Shown: positions 42,240 to 52,469 of the stretch, piece after piece
How positions within the stretch are numbered: the stretch's first letter is position 1
Layout of the letters: each line of letters begins with the position of its first letter
NCBI GenBank assembly: GCA_048938105.1
Contig: JBHLMN010000001.1
Span: forward strand, 160,001 to 224,000
Source: Promethearchaeota archaeon
Lineage (GTDB): Archaea > Asgardarchaeota > Heimdallarchaeia > Hodarchaeales > Hodarchaeaceae
Direction: 5' to 3'
DNA: 64,000 nt
The notes under the pieces: generated by a model
Told to the model about the DNA's origin: nothing
Databases searched by the model: none
Seen by the model: the letters and a program-made list of their open reading frames with translations, nothing else
Program-made: the position numbers and the translations under genes

Positions 42240-43448
42240 TTATTTCTCTATATGATAATTTTTCACATTATCATCTATTTTTAAATCTCGCTGTCTTTTA
42301 GTATTAACTAAAATAAATTTAATAGCCTCTATAAATGCTTGAGCCTCCTTTTCAATTGTAAATTCTTTTATTATATCTTTAGAATATTCACCCATCTTTT
42401 TAGCTCTATTGTTATTCGAAAGGATTTTATTGCATGCTTTCATGAGAATAACGGGATCATTTGGAGGAATTACATATCCATTCAAACCGGGATAAATTAA
42501 ATCAGTAGATGCTCCACAAGAATTTGTGGCAATAACTGGTAATCCATGTGCCATGGCTTCATTTAACACAAGGCCCCAAATTTCCCATCTTGATGGTAAA
42601 ACAAATAAATCAGCAGTTTGATAGATTTTCGTTAAGTCTTTTCCTTCTAAAAACCCTAAGAATTCAACATCTTTTTCAATTTGTAAATTTTCACATTTTT
42701 TCTTTAGAAAATGAAGTTGTTTACCTTCTCCAACGATTAAAAGCCTGGAATTATTGATCTTTGACTTTAATAGCTTAAAAGCACTGATTAATGTGTCAAT
42801 TCCCTTAATTTTAATTAGTCGTCCTACAAATAAAATATTTTTTGTCTCTTTGAAATAAATTTTTTGTTTAGGTTTTGGTGTTGCTAAGATGTGATTAATT
42901 GGTACTGTATTATATGCAATGAAAATTCTTCTTTCCTTAGCTTCTAAACGTTCCACAAATTTTTTTGCTTCAGTTCCATATACAATAATAATGCTTGATT
43001 TTGTAATCATCAGTTTTATAACAGGGAGAAAAAGTTTTCTAAAGAAAGATTCCCCTTTATTCGTGCTTCCAATCCATATAATAACTGGTATTTTTTTTAG
43101 TTTAGCCATTAAATAGCCAATTTGGGAGGCTAAATTAGAATATCCACAGATTATCACTAGATCAAATTTGTTATTTTTTATTATTCTAAAAAGACTAAGT
43201 GTGAGACTACTTGAAAAAAAATCTATTAAATTTAGCTTTAATTCTTTACCTCTAAGAATTTGATACTTGAAGTTGAGATTAGAAGGAATATTCCATTTTC
43301 TATTTTCTTTTGTTATCGTGGAAAAAAAAACACATAGATCAATATATGGAATTGAACTTATAAAATTAAATAAAGGTATTCGATAAGGAGTGATAATTTC
43401 GTGAATTAGAGCTATACGTACTTTTTTTCTTTTTGTCAAATGAATCAA
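42240..43448 (-). CDS. GT4 glycosyltransferase
   Basis: ITPYR, FVGRLIKIKG and EIWGLVLNEAMA motifs. Confidence 0.92.
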   Translation of the reverse strand: MIHLTKRKKVRIALIHEIITPYRIPLFNFISSIPYIDLCVFFSTITKENRKWNIPSNLNFKYQILRGKELKLNLIDFFSSSLTLSLFRIIKNNKFDLVIICGYSNLASQIGYLMAKLKKIPVIIWIGSTNKGESFFRKLFLPVIKLMITKSSIIIVYGTEAKKFVERLEAKERRIFIAYNTVPINHILATPKPKQKIYFKETKNILFVGRLIKIKGIDTLISAFKLLKSKINNSRLLIVGEGKQLHFLKKKCENLQIEKDVEFLGFLEGKDLTKIYQTADLFVLPSRWEIWGLVLNEAMAHGLPVIATNSCGASTDLIYPGLNGYVIPPNDPVILMKACNKILSNNNRAKKMGEYSKDIIKEFTIEKEAQAFIEAIKFILVNTKRQRDLKIDDNVKNYHIEK

Positions 43449-43583
43449 CTAATTATAAAGTCATCCAACCTATCTTTTAACATTAAAAAATTAGTTATTT
43501 ATGATTCTATAGTTTATATGATGTGAGAACCAGTTCTGATTTCCAAAAAAATAATTAATCAAACATTCCTAGATATGATTTAA

Positions 43584-45287
43584 ATGCCTAAAGACTCAAT
43601 TGTTGTTCTTGGTGTTCATGATGGCCATAATGCAGGAGTTTCGTTAATAAAAGATGGTAAAGTTCTTGTTGCAGTCAATGAAGAACGATATACTAATATA
43701 AAAAATTATAGTGGCATTCCAAGAAACTCAATTCAGAACATCTTCCAAATTTCACAGGTTTCGTCCAGTGAGATAACTGCAATTGCTATTGGTGGTCTTT
43801 TAAGAACAACAGCGCCTTTAGTTGAAGAAGAATCTTTAAAACTAAAGCTATATCGAAAACTTGGACCAATTCTAAAAAGCCATAAAATGACTAGTCTCTA
43901 TGTAAAATTTCTCCATAAAAGGAGGAAAATGAAGGAACTGAATAAAATTTTTCAGTCGTTAAATATTCACGAAAAACCTGTTTATTTTGTAGAACATCAC
44001 CTTGCTCATGCAGCCTGTGCTTTTTATCAGAGACCATGGAAAGATGATACGCTTATCTTAACCTTAGATGGAGCTGGTGATGGATTAAGTGCTACTGTAA
44101 GTGTTGGTACCACCGAGGGGATTAAACGAATTGCTTCCACAACTTCTTATCACAGTATCTCGAACAATATGTATAGTGAAATTACCGGGTATTTAGGGCT
44201 AAAAAGGTGGGAACATGAATACAAAATAATGGGTATGGCTCCTTATGGACGTTCTGAATTTGTAGCCAATATATTCAGAAAGTATTTTTCTTTGAATCCT
44301 AAAAATAGATTAGAGTTTAAAAATATGTTGGGGGCTATGGGGGATTATGTTCAACCCAAATTTAGAAAACTATTAGCTGAACATCGTTTCGATAATATTG
44401 CTGCTGCTTGCCAACTTCATTTTGAAAGTTTGATGAAGAAATGGGTAAATAATGCGATTATAGAAACTGACTTACATAAAATTGCTTGTTCTGGGGGATC
44501 ATTTTTAAATGTAAAAGCAAATAAAGAAATTAGGGAATTAGATCAAGTTACAGATGTCTTTTTTTACCCCGTATGTGATGATAGCGGAATTTCAACTGGA
44601 GCAGCATTAAGTATATATAATCAATTATGTGAAATAGATGGAAAAAAACCAAATATAAGTCCGTTATCAGATTTATATCTTGGTAGAGAATTTGAGGAAA
44701 AAAAGATCAAAAACACTATAGAAAAATCGTCAAAGCTAAATTTCACTTATAACGATGAAATTGAAGAAACAATTGCAGAAGAATTGAATCAAGGGAAAAT
44801 AATTGCGATTTTTAATGGTAGAGAGGAATTTGGTCCAAGAGCATTAGGGAATCGTTCAATAGTTGCTAAGGCTGATGATTTAGCAGTCATTAGAAAGATT
44901 AACTTCGCAATAAAACAAAGAGACTTTTGGATGCCTTTCGCTCCCTCAATTATCGAGGAAGATGCGGATAAATATTTAATAAACGCTAGACCAGCGAGAT
45001 ATATGATAGAAGCCTTTTCAACAAACCCAGAAGCTAAGGAGATAATCGCTGGACTGCATCCTTATGACAGCACTGCAAGACCACAAACTGTCAATGAGTG
45101 GAATAATAATTGGTTAAAAATTTTAACTATTTTCAAAGAACTGTCAGGATATTCTGGGATTCTTAATACTTCATACAATCTTCATGGATTTCCAATAGTG
45201 GGAACTCCTGAAGTTGCAATAAAAACTTTTTTAAAAAGTGGCCTCGATATTCTTGCTATTGGAAACTTCATTGTAAAAAAATGCTAA
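43584..45287 (+). CDS. O-carbamoyltransferase (NodU/CmcH/TobZ family)
   Basis: EER, VEHHLAHA, DGAGD, EYKIMGMAPYG, EFGPRALGNRS, MPFAP and LNTSYNLHG motifs. Confidence 0.93.
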   Translation: MPKDSIVVLGVHDGHNAGVSLIKDGKVLVAVNEERYTNIKNYSGIPRNSIQNIFQISQVSSSEITAIAIGGLLRTTAPLVEEESLKLKLYRKLGPILKSHKMTSLYVKFLHKRRKMKELNKIFQSLNIHEKPVYFVEHHLAHAACAFYQRPWKDDTLILTLDGAGDGLSATVSVGTTEGIKRIASTTSYHSISNNMYSEITGYLGLKRWEHEYKIMGMAPYGRSEFVANIFRKYFSLNPKNRLEFKNMLGAMGDYVQPKFRKLLAEHRFDNIAAACQLHFESLMKKWVNNAIIETDLHKIACSGGSFLNVKANKEIRELDQVTDVFFYPVCDDSGISTGAALSIYNQLCEIDGKKPNISPLSDLYLGREFEEKKIKNTIEKSSKLNFTYNDEIEETIAEELNQGKIIAIFNGREEFGPRALGNRSIVAKADDLAVIRKINFAIKQRDFWMPFAPSIIEEDADKYLINARPARYMIEAFSTNPEAKEIIAGLHPYDSTARPQTVNEWNNNWLKILTIFKELSGYSGILNTSYNLHGFPIVGTPEVAIKTFLKSGLDILAIGNFIVKKC

Positions 45288-45354
45288 TCACTTTTCAAAG
45301 GATTCAGAAATTATCAAGAAATTGGTATTATGAATAAAATGGTGAAATTCTAAT

Positions 45355-46530
45355 TTGAAAGTGTTATATTTTTCAAAAGGAATGACTTCTCCCACCCCAG
45401 GCCCAGAATCTGTAGGAAGAATTCTTATAAACCACTTGGTTGATTTAACCTCAATTTCGAATGAGGTCGAATTTTTCTTTGTAACAGATAAAATATATTC
45501 TAATAACTTTAAGGGAAAAATATTTAGCTATTTAAATAGTGTTATTCCTCTTCCTGAAGTTCCAATTTTAAGCTTTGAGTGGGAGAATTTTCTTTCATCA
45601 AAAACATTAAAAAATTTATGTAACGTTCTGAAACCAGATTTGGTTCACATTCATGGACGAGCAGGCTATTATCCAGCTCCACCTAAAGGTTATCCTTCCT
45701 TAGTAACATTTCACGAATTTCCTCCAATGACTGTATATGATGATTTCTCTTTTGGTCCATCAAAAATTCTTCTGAATTCATGGTTAAAGCGTGGCAAAAT
45801 GATAAGAATGAAAAGAATTCCTGATTATGATCATTTTCACGCTTTATCTTCAGAGATAGCTCTGTTTTTGAAGGCGTCTGGTATTGCTAACTCTAAAATT
45901 CATTTAATCCCTAATGGAACTCTAAAAACACCTAGATCTGTTAATAAAGAATATTTTAAAAAAAAGTTTAAGAGGATATTAGGATTATCAGACAATTCTA
46001 AGATCTTAACCATGGTAGGTACAATAAGTTATCATAAAGGTATTCATTTTATTAAGAGATGCATTCCAGAACTTCCTACTAATTATCATCTTGTCCTAGT
46101 AGGAAGTTCTACGAAATTTATTGGCCATCAGTATCTAAGAGCGATTTTAAAGGGAAAGCATTCGCATAGAATCCATTACGTTGGTTATCAATCACCTAAT
46201 GTTATATATTCAATATTAAATGCAAGTGATTGTTTTCTGTCTTTAAGTATTAGTGAAGCTTGTCAGCTTTCCCTTCTTGAGGCCGTTAGTACAGGAATAC
46301 CAGTGATAATAACGGAATGTGGCGCCGCAAAAGATATATTTGGTTCAGATTATTATTTTCTTCTTCCTACATATCCTAATATAAAACTGTTGCGAGATAA
46401 AATTGTAGAAATTGTTGAAAATGGTTCTAAATTCCAAAATATCAAAATAAATATAAAAAGCTGGAAAGATGTAGCAATTATGATGAAAAAGTTATATTTC
46501 TCAATAAAAACTGAAGAATTCATAGAATAA
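45355..46530 (+). CDS. GT4 glycosyltransferase
   Basis: PDLVHIH, IPNG, HKG and SEACQLSLLEA motifs. Confidence 0.85.
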   Translation: MKVLYFSKGMTSPTPGPESVGRILINHLVDLTSISNEVEFFFVTDKIYSNNFKGKIFSYLNSVIPLPEVPILSFEWENFLSSKTLKNLCNVLKPDLVHIHGRAGYYPAPPKGYPSLVTFHEFPPMTVYDDFSFGPSKILLNSWLKRGKMIRMKRIPDYDHFHALSSEIALFLKASGIANSKIHLIPNGTLKTPRSVNKEYFKKKFKRILGLSDNSKILTMVGTISYHKGIHFIKRCIPELPTNYHLVLVGSSTKFIGHQYLRAILKGKHSHRIHYVGYQSPNVIYSILNASDCFLSLSISEACQLSLLEAVSTGIPVIITECGAAKDIFGSDYYFLLPTYPNIKLLRDKIVEIVENGSKFQNIKINIKSWKDVAIMMKKLYFSIKTEEFIE

Positions 46531-46605
46531 TTTTTAATAGAATTAGACATTAATTAATAGAATTATCAAAAACAACTATATTGTAAATTCTTGGCATGGA
46601 TAACA

Positions 46606-47856
46606 ATGGCTCATATCTGTATTGTTTCTCAATATTTTATACCAGATATCGGTGGAGCTGTAACAAGACTAGTGAATTTACTAAAAATTCTTAATTCATT
46701 GGATCATGAAGTAACTATTGTTACAACTGTTCCTCATTATCCAAACGGTGATATTCCTATTAATTATCGAACAAGGTGGAAATTCATTGAGAAATCAGGT
46801 AATATTACAGTAATAAGAATACGTATGCCACAGAGGCCTCATAATTCATTTTTGAATCGGTTGATTAATTATTTTTCTTTCGTTTTCCTTTCAATTTCAG
46901 CACTTCCTTTACTAGGAAAGATAGATTTAATATGGGTGACTAGCCCAAATTTCTTTGGTAATTTTACTGGAGTCATCTATAAAGTTGTAAAACGAATCCC
47001 TTTAATCCTCAATGTAGATGATTTCTGGCCAGATGTTGTTGAGGAGCTGGGTATAGTAACATCACGTCTTTTACTTAAAATAAGTGATTTTGCCAATTTA
47101 TTTGTTTTTAATTACTGTGATTACATTACTCCTATCAGTTTGATGATAAAAAAGAAATTGATAACAAAATACCATGTAAACCCTACTAAGATCTATGTCA
47201 TTGAGGTAGGAGTTGATTATCCAAGATTCATGCAGGCTATTCATGAGTCAAAAGAAGGAATAAGCATTAAACAGGAAAAAAGACATTTTTCCTTGAGTGA
47301 TCCACAACCTTTGATTGTTTATAGCGGAGTACTAGGCCCTGCTTATGATTTTGAGTTGTTATTGAAGGCGACAAAAAAGTTGGAAACAGAAGTTGATACA
47401 TTTCAACTAATTATCCATGGGGATGGTCCATTAAAACCCTTTATCGAAACATATATCTCTAAAATAGGTTTAAAACGCACTAAATTATTAACCAATCATC
47501 TTACATTTAATGATTATATGAATTTTCTGTTAAACGCATTTATTTTTGTATTACCAATGAAAAAAGGAGTTTTCTCCGAAACAGCTATTCCAGCAAAGCT
47601 TTTCACTTACTTAATGCTAGATAAGCCAATTATATCTACTAAGGGAGGAAATATAGAGATAATCTTAAAAGAATCAAATGCAGGATTCGCTGTTCCACAC
47701 AACTACAAATCTCTCACTCAAGCATTAAAATTATTATTAAAAGATGACGTATTATATACCCACTTTTGTGGGAATGGCTCTAAATATGCCAGAAGTCATT
47801 TTGACCTAAAAGTTATTAAAAAAAAGGTAAAAAGTCTATTTATTGAATTAAAGTAG
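46606..47856 (+). CDS. GT4 glycosyltransferase (WbuB-like)
   Basis: SQYFIPDIGG, PHYP, TSPNFF, DFWPD and IPAKLFTY motifs. Confidence 0.9.
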   Translation: MAHICIVSQYFIPDIGGAVTRLVNLLKILNSLDHEVTIVTTVPHYPNGDIPINYRTRWKFIEKSGNITVIRIRMPQRPHNSFLNRLINYFSFVFLSISALPLLGKIDLIWVTSPNFFGNFTGVIYKVVKRIPLILNVDDFWPDVVEELGIVTSRLLLKISDFANLFVFNYCDYITPISLMIKKKLITKYHVNPTKIYVIEVGVDYPRFMQAIHESKEGISIKQEKRHFSLSDPQPLIVYSGVLGPAYDFELLLKATKKLETEVDTFQLIIHGDGPLKPFIETYISKIGLKRTKLLTNHLTFNDYMNFLLNAFIFVLPMKKGVFSETAIPAKLFTYLMLDKPIISTKGGNIEIILKESNAGFAVPHNYKSLTQALKLLLKDDVLYTHFCGNGSKYARSHFDLKVIKKKVKSLFIELK

Positions 47857-47997
47857 CACATTTTTTCAAGTACGTATTTAATTACTAATAATGTTTCTTA
47901 ATCCAATTCAACAACTAAAAAAATTGTAAAAAGAATTATAAAGACAAAATGTAGCTAAAGATAAGAACTCTTTTTCTAAATTATTATTAGTTTGACT

Positions 47998-49143
47998 TTA
48001 ATTAACTAAATGCATGTAAATCTTGAGTAGGTTTCTATTAATAATAGTACTGCTAAATGATCTAGCAATGGTTTTATAAGCTTTTATTACTATCCTTTTG
48101 GTACGATTGGGATTATTAATCAAAAATTCTATTGAATTTTCAAGGCTTTTGAAATCATGATTGATCAAAAATCCATTTTTTCTATTTTGAATGATCTGAG
48201 GAATGTCACCGACTGGTGTTGTAATCACAGGAACTTTTGCAGCCATAGCTTCAAGTAGAACTGTAGGGGATCCCTCCCAATAAGAAGGTAAGATCAACGC
48301 TTGTGATTCAGCTAATATTCTTGGTATTTCTTTATGTGGCTTTGAGCCTAAATAATCAACTGTGATATTACTATTTTTACATAATTTTTCTAAAGTTTTA
48401 AGTCTAGGTGAAAGAGACCCTTGCCCAACAAATCGGAAATTTAGCTTATTATTTAAGTTATTACGTCTTTTCCTTATCCATTCTTCAAGAAAACCTATTC
48501 CCTTCCAGGGTTCGATGTCCCCAATATAGAGAACAGAAAACGTTCCATCATTATCTTTCAGATCATAATAGTGATTATTTGAAAAGAGCTTAAAATTAAT
48601 GGTATTTGGGATATAAATCAGTCTATATTCAGGTACACTGTAATAGATTTTTACTTTTCGTAGATCGCTTTTTGATACTGATGCAATCCTATTGGCATGA
48701 GATATGGTTAAACGCCCTAAAGTTTTATCATAAAATGCTTTAGTGGTTATTTTCAAAGTAGATGCTTGATATGGGGGAAGTCCTATTCCCCCATGAAGAT
48801 GTAGTAAGGTTGGGATCTTTTTTATTTTTCCAAATAAGACTCCCTGGTTGGAAATAAAGTATAAATAGGAATGGATATGAATAATATCGAACTTTGATTT
48901 TCTTAGGTAATTTAATATGAAAGAAACTGGATTAATGTGCCAGATATCTTTTAAAGAATAGATTTTAACTTGTTTGATTCCATTTATTTCGCTTATTCCT
49001 GCTTTTTTTCTGGATTGAGTCGTTGTCAGAATCGTGACATCTATACCTGCTTTCTTTTGATGGGGTGAGATTGTGTTTACGTATCTTTCTGGACCCCCAT
49101 ATTGTTCTCCATAGAATGGTGCAATATGACATACTTTAAGCAC
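47998..49143 (-). CDS. GT4 glycosyltransferase
   Basis: YGGPE, DIIHIH and WEGSPTVLLEAMA motifs; GTG49143 start follows a G-rich RBS. Confidence 0.9.
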   Translation of the reverse strand: MLKVCHIAPFYGEQYGGPERYVNTISPHQKKAGIDVTILTTTQSRKKAGISEINGIKQVKIYSLKDIWHINPVSFILNYLRKSKFDIIHIHSYLYFISNQGVLFGKIKKIPTLLHLHGGIGLPPYQASTLKITTKAFYDKTLGRLTISHANRIASVSKSDLRKVKIYYSVPEYRLIYIPNTINFKLFSNNHYYDLKDNDGTFSVLYIGDIEPWKGIGFLEEWIRKRRNNLNNKLNFRFVGQGSLSPRLKTLEKLCKNSNITVDYLGSKPHKEIPRILAESQALILPSYWEGSPTVLLEAMAAKVPVITTPVGDIPQIIQNRKNGFLINHDFKSLENSIEFLINNPNRTKRIVIKAYKTIARSFSSTIINRNLLKIYMHLVN

Positions 49144-49576
49144 TAGTTTCTTGAACCCCCTTTTATGTAATTCTTTCAACAGGCACTTAATATCTAATTA
49201 TTTCTTAGTTTTTTAAATATTTGTTTTTCACTTTGATTACAAAGTCATTATCTTCATATTTAACAAAAATCTTTAAATCACCATCAATAAATCCTTCTTT
49301 CTTGAGATATTTTACCTAAGAATAATTTTTTATCCATATGTTTATTAAATTATTAGCCTGTACGATTTCAGGTAAAAATATTATTCTTAATTAGCCAATA
49401 ATGATCTGTTTAAATAAGTTCAATTCCAATGAATATTCTTAGCAATTACTGTTATGAAATTATTCTTCATGAAGTAATCTCTGCATATCGGTAAATTAAT
49501 TTTATTTGTTTAAATAAAGCCTTTAAAAAGATAAAAAGAATTCTCTTCAGTAAAATCAGCACTTTAGGAAACAATT

Positions 49577-50683
49577 ATGCCAACCATCGCTTATTTTATC
49601 AGCGATCACGGATTAGGACATGCTACTCGAAGTATTGCGATCATCCGTTCGATGTTCGAATGTGACTTAGAAACATCAGTCAATATCCACACTTCAAAGC
49701 CTCTGTCTTTAATGAAGAACTCATTATCCTTAATTGATGTACCAAAACGAGTGGATTTTCACGAACAATTGAATGATTTTGGTTTTATTGGGGATGAACT
49801 GACTGGGAAAATTGATCATCCAAAAACAGCCTTGGAAGTCACCTCGTGGATTCAAACCTGGCATTCTTCCTATATCTTTGATGAGTATACATATCTTAAA
49901 GCAAAGAATGTAGATTTAATTATTTCGGATATCGCTCCTCAACCCTTTTTACTAGCTAAGAAATTAAAAATACCCAGTATTGCGATTAGTAACTTCACCT
50001 GGTTAGATATATATCAGAATTCAGCTTTTAACTTAGTTGATCTTGATACTATTTGGAAAGCTTATCGTGAAGCGTCTCTTGGATTAATGTTACCCTTTAA
50101 TTTAGAAAACACCGTTTTTCGGTCTAAATTAGAGACAGCGTTGGTTAGTCGTAAACCAACACGTTCCAAAGAAGAAATGCGTGAATCATTAGGTTTTGAC
50201 TCTTCCTTATGTATTATTTATGCAGGAACAGGGACATCGCTTGAAAATCCATTTCTAAGAGAGTGGACTGAAAAAAAAGACCTAATCTTCATCCTCGGAG
50301 GACAACCTAATATTACAGGGCATAATACAAGAACAATCCCTCCTCAAGATCCTGAAGGACAAGATTACATTAACTGTAGTGATTTAGCTCTCATAAAAGT
50401 TAGCTATAGCTCAGTTTCTGAAGCTATTCGTTCACATGTTCCAATCATTGGTGTAGATTTCGTCCAATCTGCAGAGACTATTTTTATGAAGGATATTATC
50501 AAGAATTTAGGGATTGGAGTATGTATTTCCCCTGAAGAGTATTTTCAGGGCAAATGGATAGAATTTATCCCCTCGGTGTTAAAAATGAAACAGAATTATG
50601 TTAATTTACCCACACGTTTTACAAAACATGGAGAGGATCAGATTGTTAACATTATTTTGGATCTTCTAGAAGAAATTACTTAA
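49577..50683 (+). CDS. GT-B fold protein (GT28/MurG-like; resembles the arabinokinase N-terminal domain family)
   Basis: YFISDHGLGHATR, DLIISDI, ISNFTW and K.SYSSVSE motifs. Confidence 0.7.
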   Translation: MPTIAYFISDHGLGHATRSIAIIRSMFECDLETSVNIHTSKPLSLMKNSLSLIDVPKRVDFHEQLNDFGFIGDELTGKIDHPKTALEVTSWIQTWHSSYIFDEYTYLKAKNVDLIISDIAPQPFLLAKKLKIPSIAISNFTWLDIYQNSAFNLVDLDTIWKAYREASLGLMLPFNLENTVFRSKLETALVSRKPTRSKEEMRESLGFDSSLCIIYAGTGTSLENPFLREWTEKKDLIFILGGQPNITGHNTRTIPPQDPEGQDYINCSDLALIKVSYSSVSEAIRSHVPIIGVDFVQSAETIFMKDIIKNLGIGVCISPEEYFQGKWIEFIPSVLKMKQNYVNLPTRFTKHGEDQIVNIILDLLEEIT

Positions 50684-50711
50684 TTTTAATTATTTTCTAA
50701 ATGATCTATCT

Positions 50712-51275
50712 TTACGTTTTTAACAAATCAGCTTTAGTAATTATTCCTTTAATTTTCCCTTTCTCGGTAACTAATACTGCTGCAGAAAATTGGAGTAAGC
50801 TCATAATAACTTTCGAGGGTATTCCCTTATTAACCACAGGAAAGACATCATCCATAATTTCTTCTACTGGTTTTTCCATTATTTCTTCTAGGGTCTGTCC
50901 TTTCAATAATAAATCTAAAAGGGTTTGTTCTGATATACTACCAAGATTCTTTCCGTCCTTCGAAAAGACTGGTAGTTGGGATATACTATTCTTTTTCATT
51001 AACTCAAAAACATGCCGAATAGTGCCATCATTTTTTACAAATATTACTGGAGACATTATTTCATATGCTTTTACTTGATTTTTATCCTCAATTGAGTCCA
51101 GGATTTGATATATCCGACGTACTACGCTATAAGAGGGATTAATGGTTCCGCTTTCGATTTTTGCAATCATTGATTGAGATATCCCTGCTCTTTGAGCCAA
51201 TTGTGCTTGTGTGAGTCCAATAATTTTCCGCATGCGCCGTAATTCAATTAAATCAGGTAAAATCGGCCTCTTCAA
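50712..51275 (-). CDS. XRE-HTH + CBS-pair transcriptional regulator
   Basis: GLTQAQLAQRAGISQSMIAKIESG (HTH); ISQLPV and GIITKADL (CBS). Confidence 0.92.
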   Translation of the reverse strand: MKRPILPDLIELRRMRKIIGLTQAQLAQRAGISQSMIAKIESGTINPSYSVVRRIYQILDSIEDKNQVKAYEIMSPVIFVKNDGTIRHVFELMKKNSISQLPVFSKDGKNLGSISEQTLLDLLLKGQTLEEIMEKPVEEIMDDVFPVVNKGIPSKVIMSLLQFSAAVLVTEKGKIKGIITKADLLKT

Positions 51276-51395
51276 TTGATTTTACACCTTAAATATTCGT
51301 GTAAGTAAAGAATAATGTAGGTTTTTAATATTCCCTTCAATCATATTTTCATCAGTAACATATGAATAAACTCAAGATAAATCCCATTTTGACCA

Positions 51396-52469
51396 GTGTT
51401 GCCACAATATAGCTCTATACTAACAGGTATTCATCCTCTGTCTGAGTCTTTGATCAAAAAAATTTTCGATCTCAAATATGGTAGGACTTCTTCCCCCACC
51501 CAAGTTAAGAATGCATTTGAAAGCGATATTAAAGATTTAACAACTTTGTTACTGCAAATCTTTCCTATTGCTATTTCTACGGGAAATTTGGGTTGGTGGG
51601 ATCTTTTCAGGCCCTTCTCACATGAATTGCAAGGACTTGCTCACAGGAAGAATGTAAGAAACCTTCCTGTTGCTCGCATTCCTTTGACTAATACATTTTA
51701 CAGGCAACCAATTGTCAGTGGGAAGATCTTCCATGAAGGGGCAGTTCTCAAGGTCGCAAAACATCCTTTTCTGAATGGATCTATCCTTCAAACAAGATTT
51801 TTACCTGCTAAATACAAACAAAAAGGATGGACTTTATGTTTACCTGGGCCATTTTCTTTTTCGAGGGCTGTTGCCATAAATTCGGAAGGACAAAAAGAGT
51901 ACAGAACAAGAGACGATCTTATGGCTGATTTTTCTCAAATCTTGAAAGAGGAATTTCATTACCTTTCTTCTGAGGGATTCTCTCATATTATTCTAGATGA
52001 AGCCTCTCTCACTTGGGAGTCTGTTGATACTGATACTACTTCTTCTCTTACTGATGTGTGGAATCAGATTGTCACTAAGTCATCTTTGAAGATAGCTATT
52101 CATACTTATCATCATCTTGATGAAGAAAAGCTCCAACTGCTTTTAGATTCCAACGCTTGGGGTATTGGTATCGACTGTATCAGAAATGATCCCAGAAAAT
52201 TAGCTGATTATGACTTTGATGGCAAGTCAATTTTAGCTGGTGTCGTTGATGCACAAAGTTATCTTAGAGATTCTGATGGTGAGTTACTAGTGGAAGATGT
52301 TGATGAATTGGTCAAATTTACCAATATATTGGCGGAAATACAAACAAAGAATGTAATTCTAGCCCCCACTACTCGCTTGGAATTTGTTCCAAGGTCTGTT
52401 GCTGATCTAAAGCTAATAAAAATAGGTAAAGCACTTGAGATATTACTTGAAAAGGAGGGTATTGTTTGA
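51396..52469 (+). CDS. Split cobalamin-independent methionine synthase, N-terminal-half subunit
   Basis: W.DLFRP, TNTFYRQP, LPGPFSF, HTY and GVVDA motifs; lacks the HxC and C zinc ligands; overlaps the next gene by 4 bp. Confidence 0.75.
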   Translation: MLPQYSSILTGIHPLSESLIKKIFDLKYGRTSSPTQVKNAFESDIKDLTTLLLQIFPIAISTGNLGWWDLFRPFSHELQGLAHRKNVRNLPVARIPLTNTFYRQPIVSGKIFHEGAVLKVAKHPFLNGSILQTRFLPAKYKQKGWTLCLPGPFSFSRAVAINSEGQKEYRTRDDLMADFSQILKEEFHYLSSEGFSHIILDEASLTWESVDTDTTSSLTDVWNQIVTKSSLKIAIHTYHHLDEEKLQLLLDSNAWGIGIDCIRNDPRKLADYDFDGKSILAGVVDAQSYLRDSDGELLVEDVDELVKFTNILAEIQTKNVILAPTTRLEFVPRSVADLKLIKIGKALEILLEKEGIV

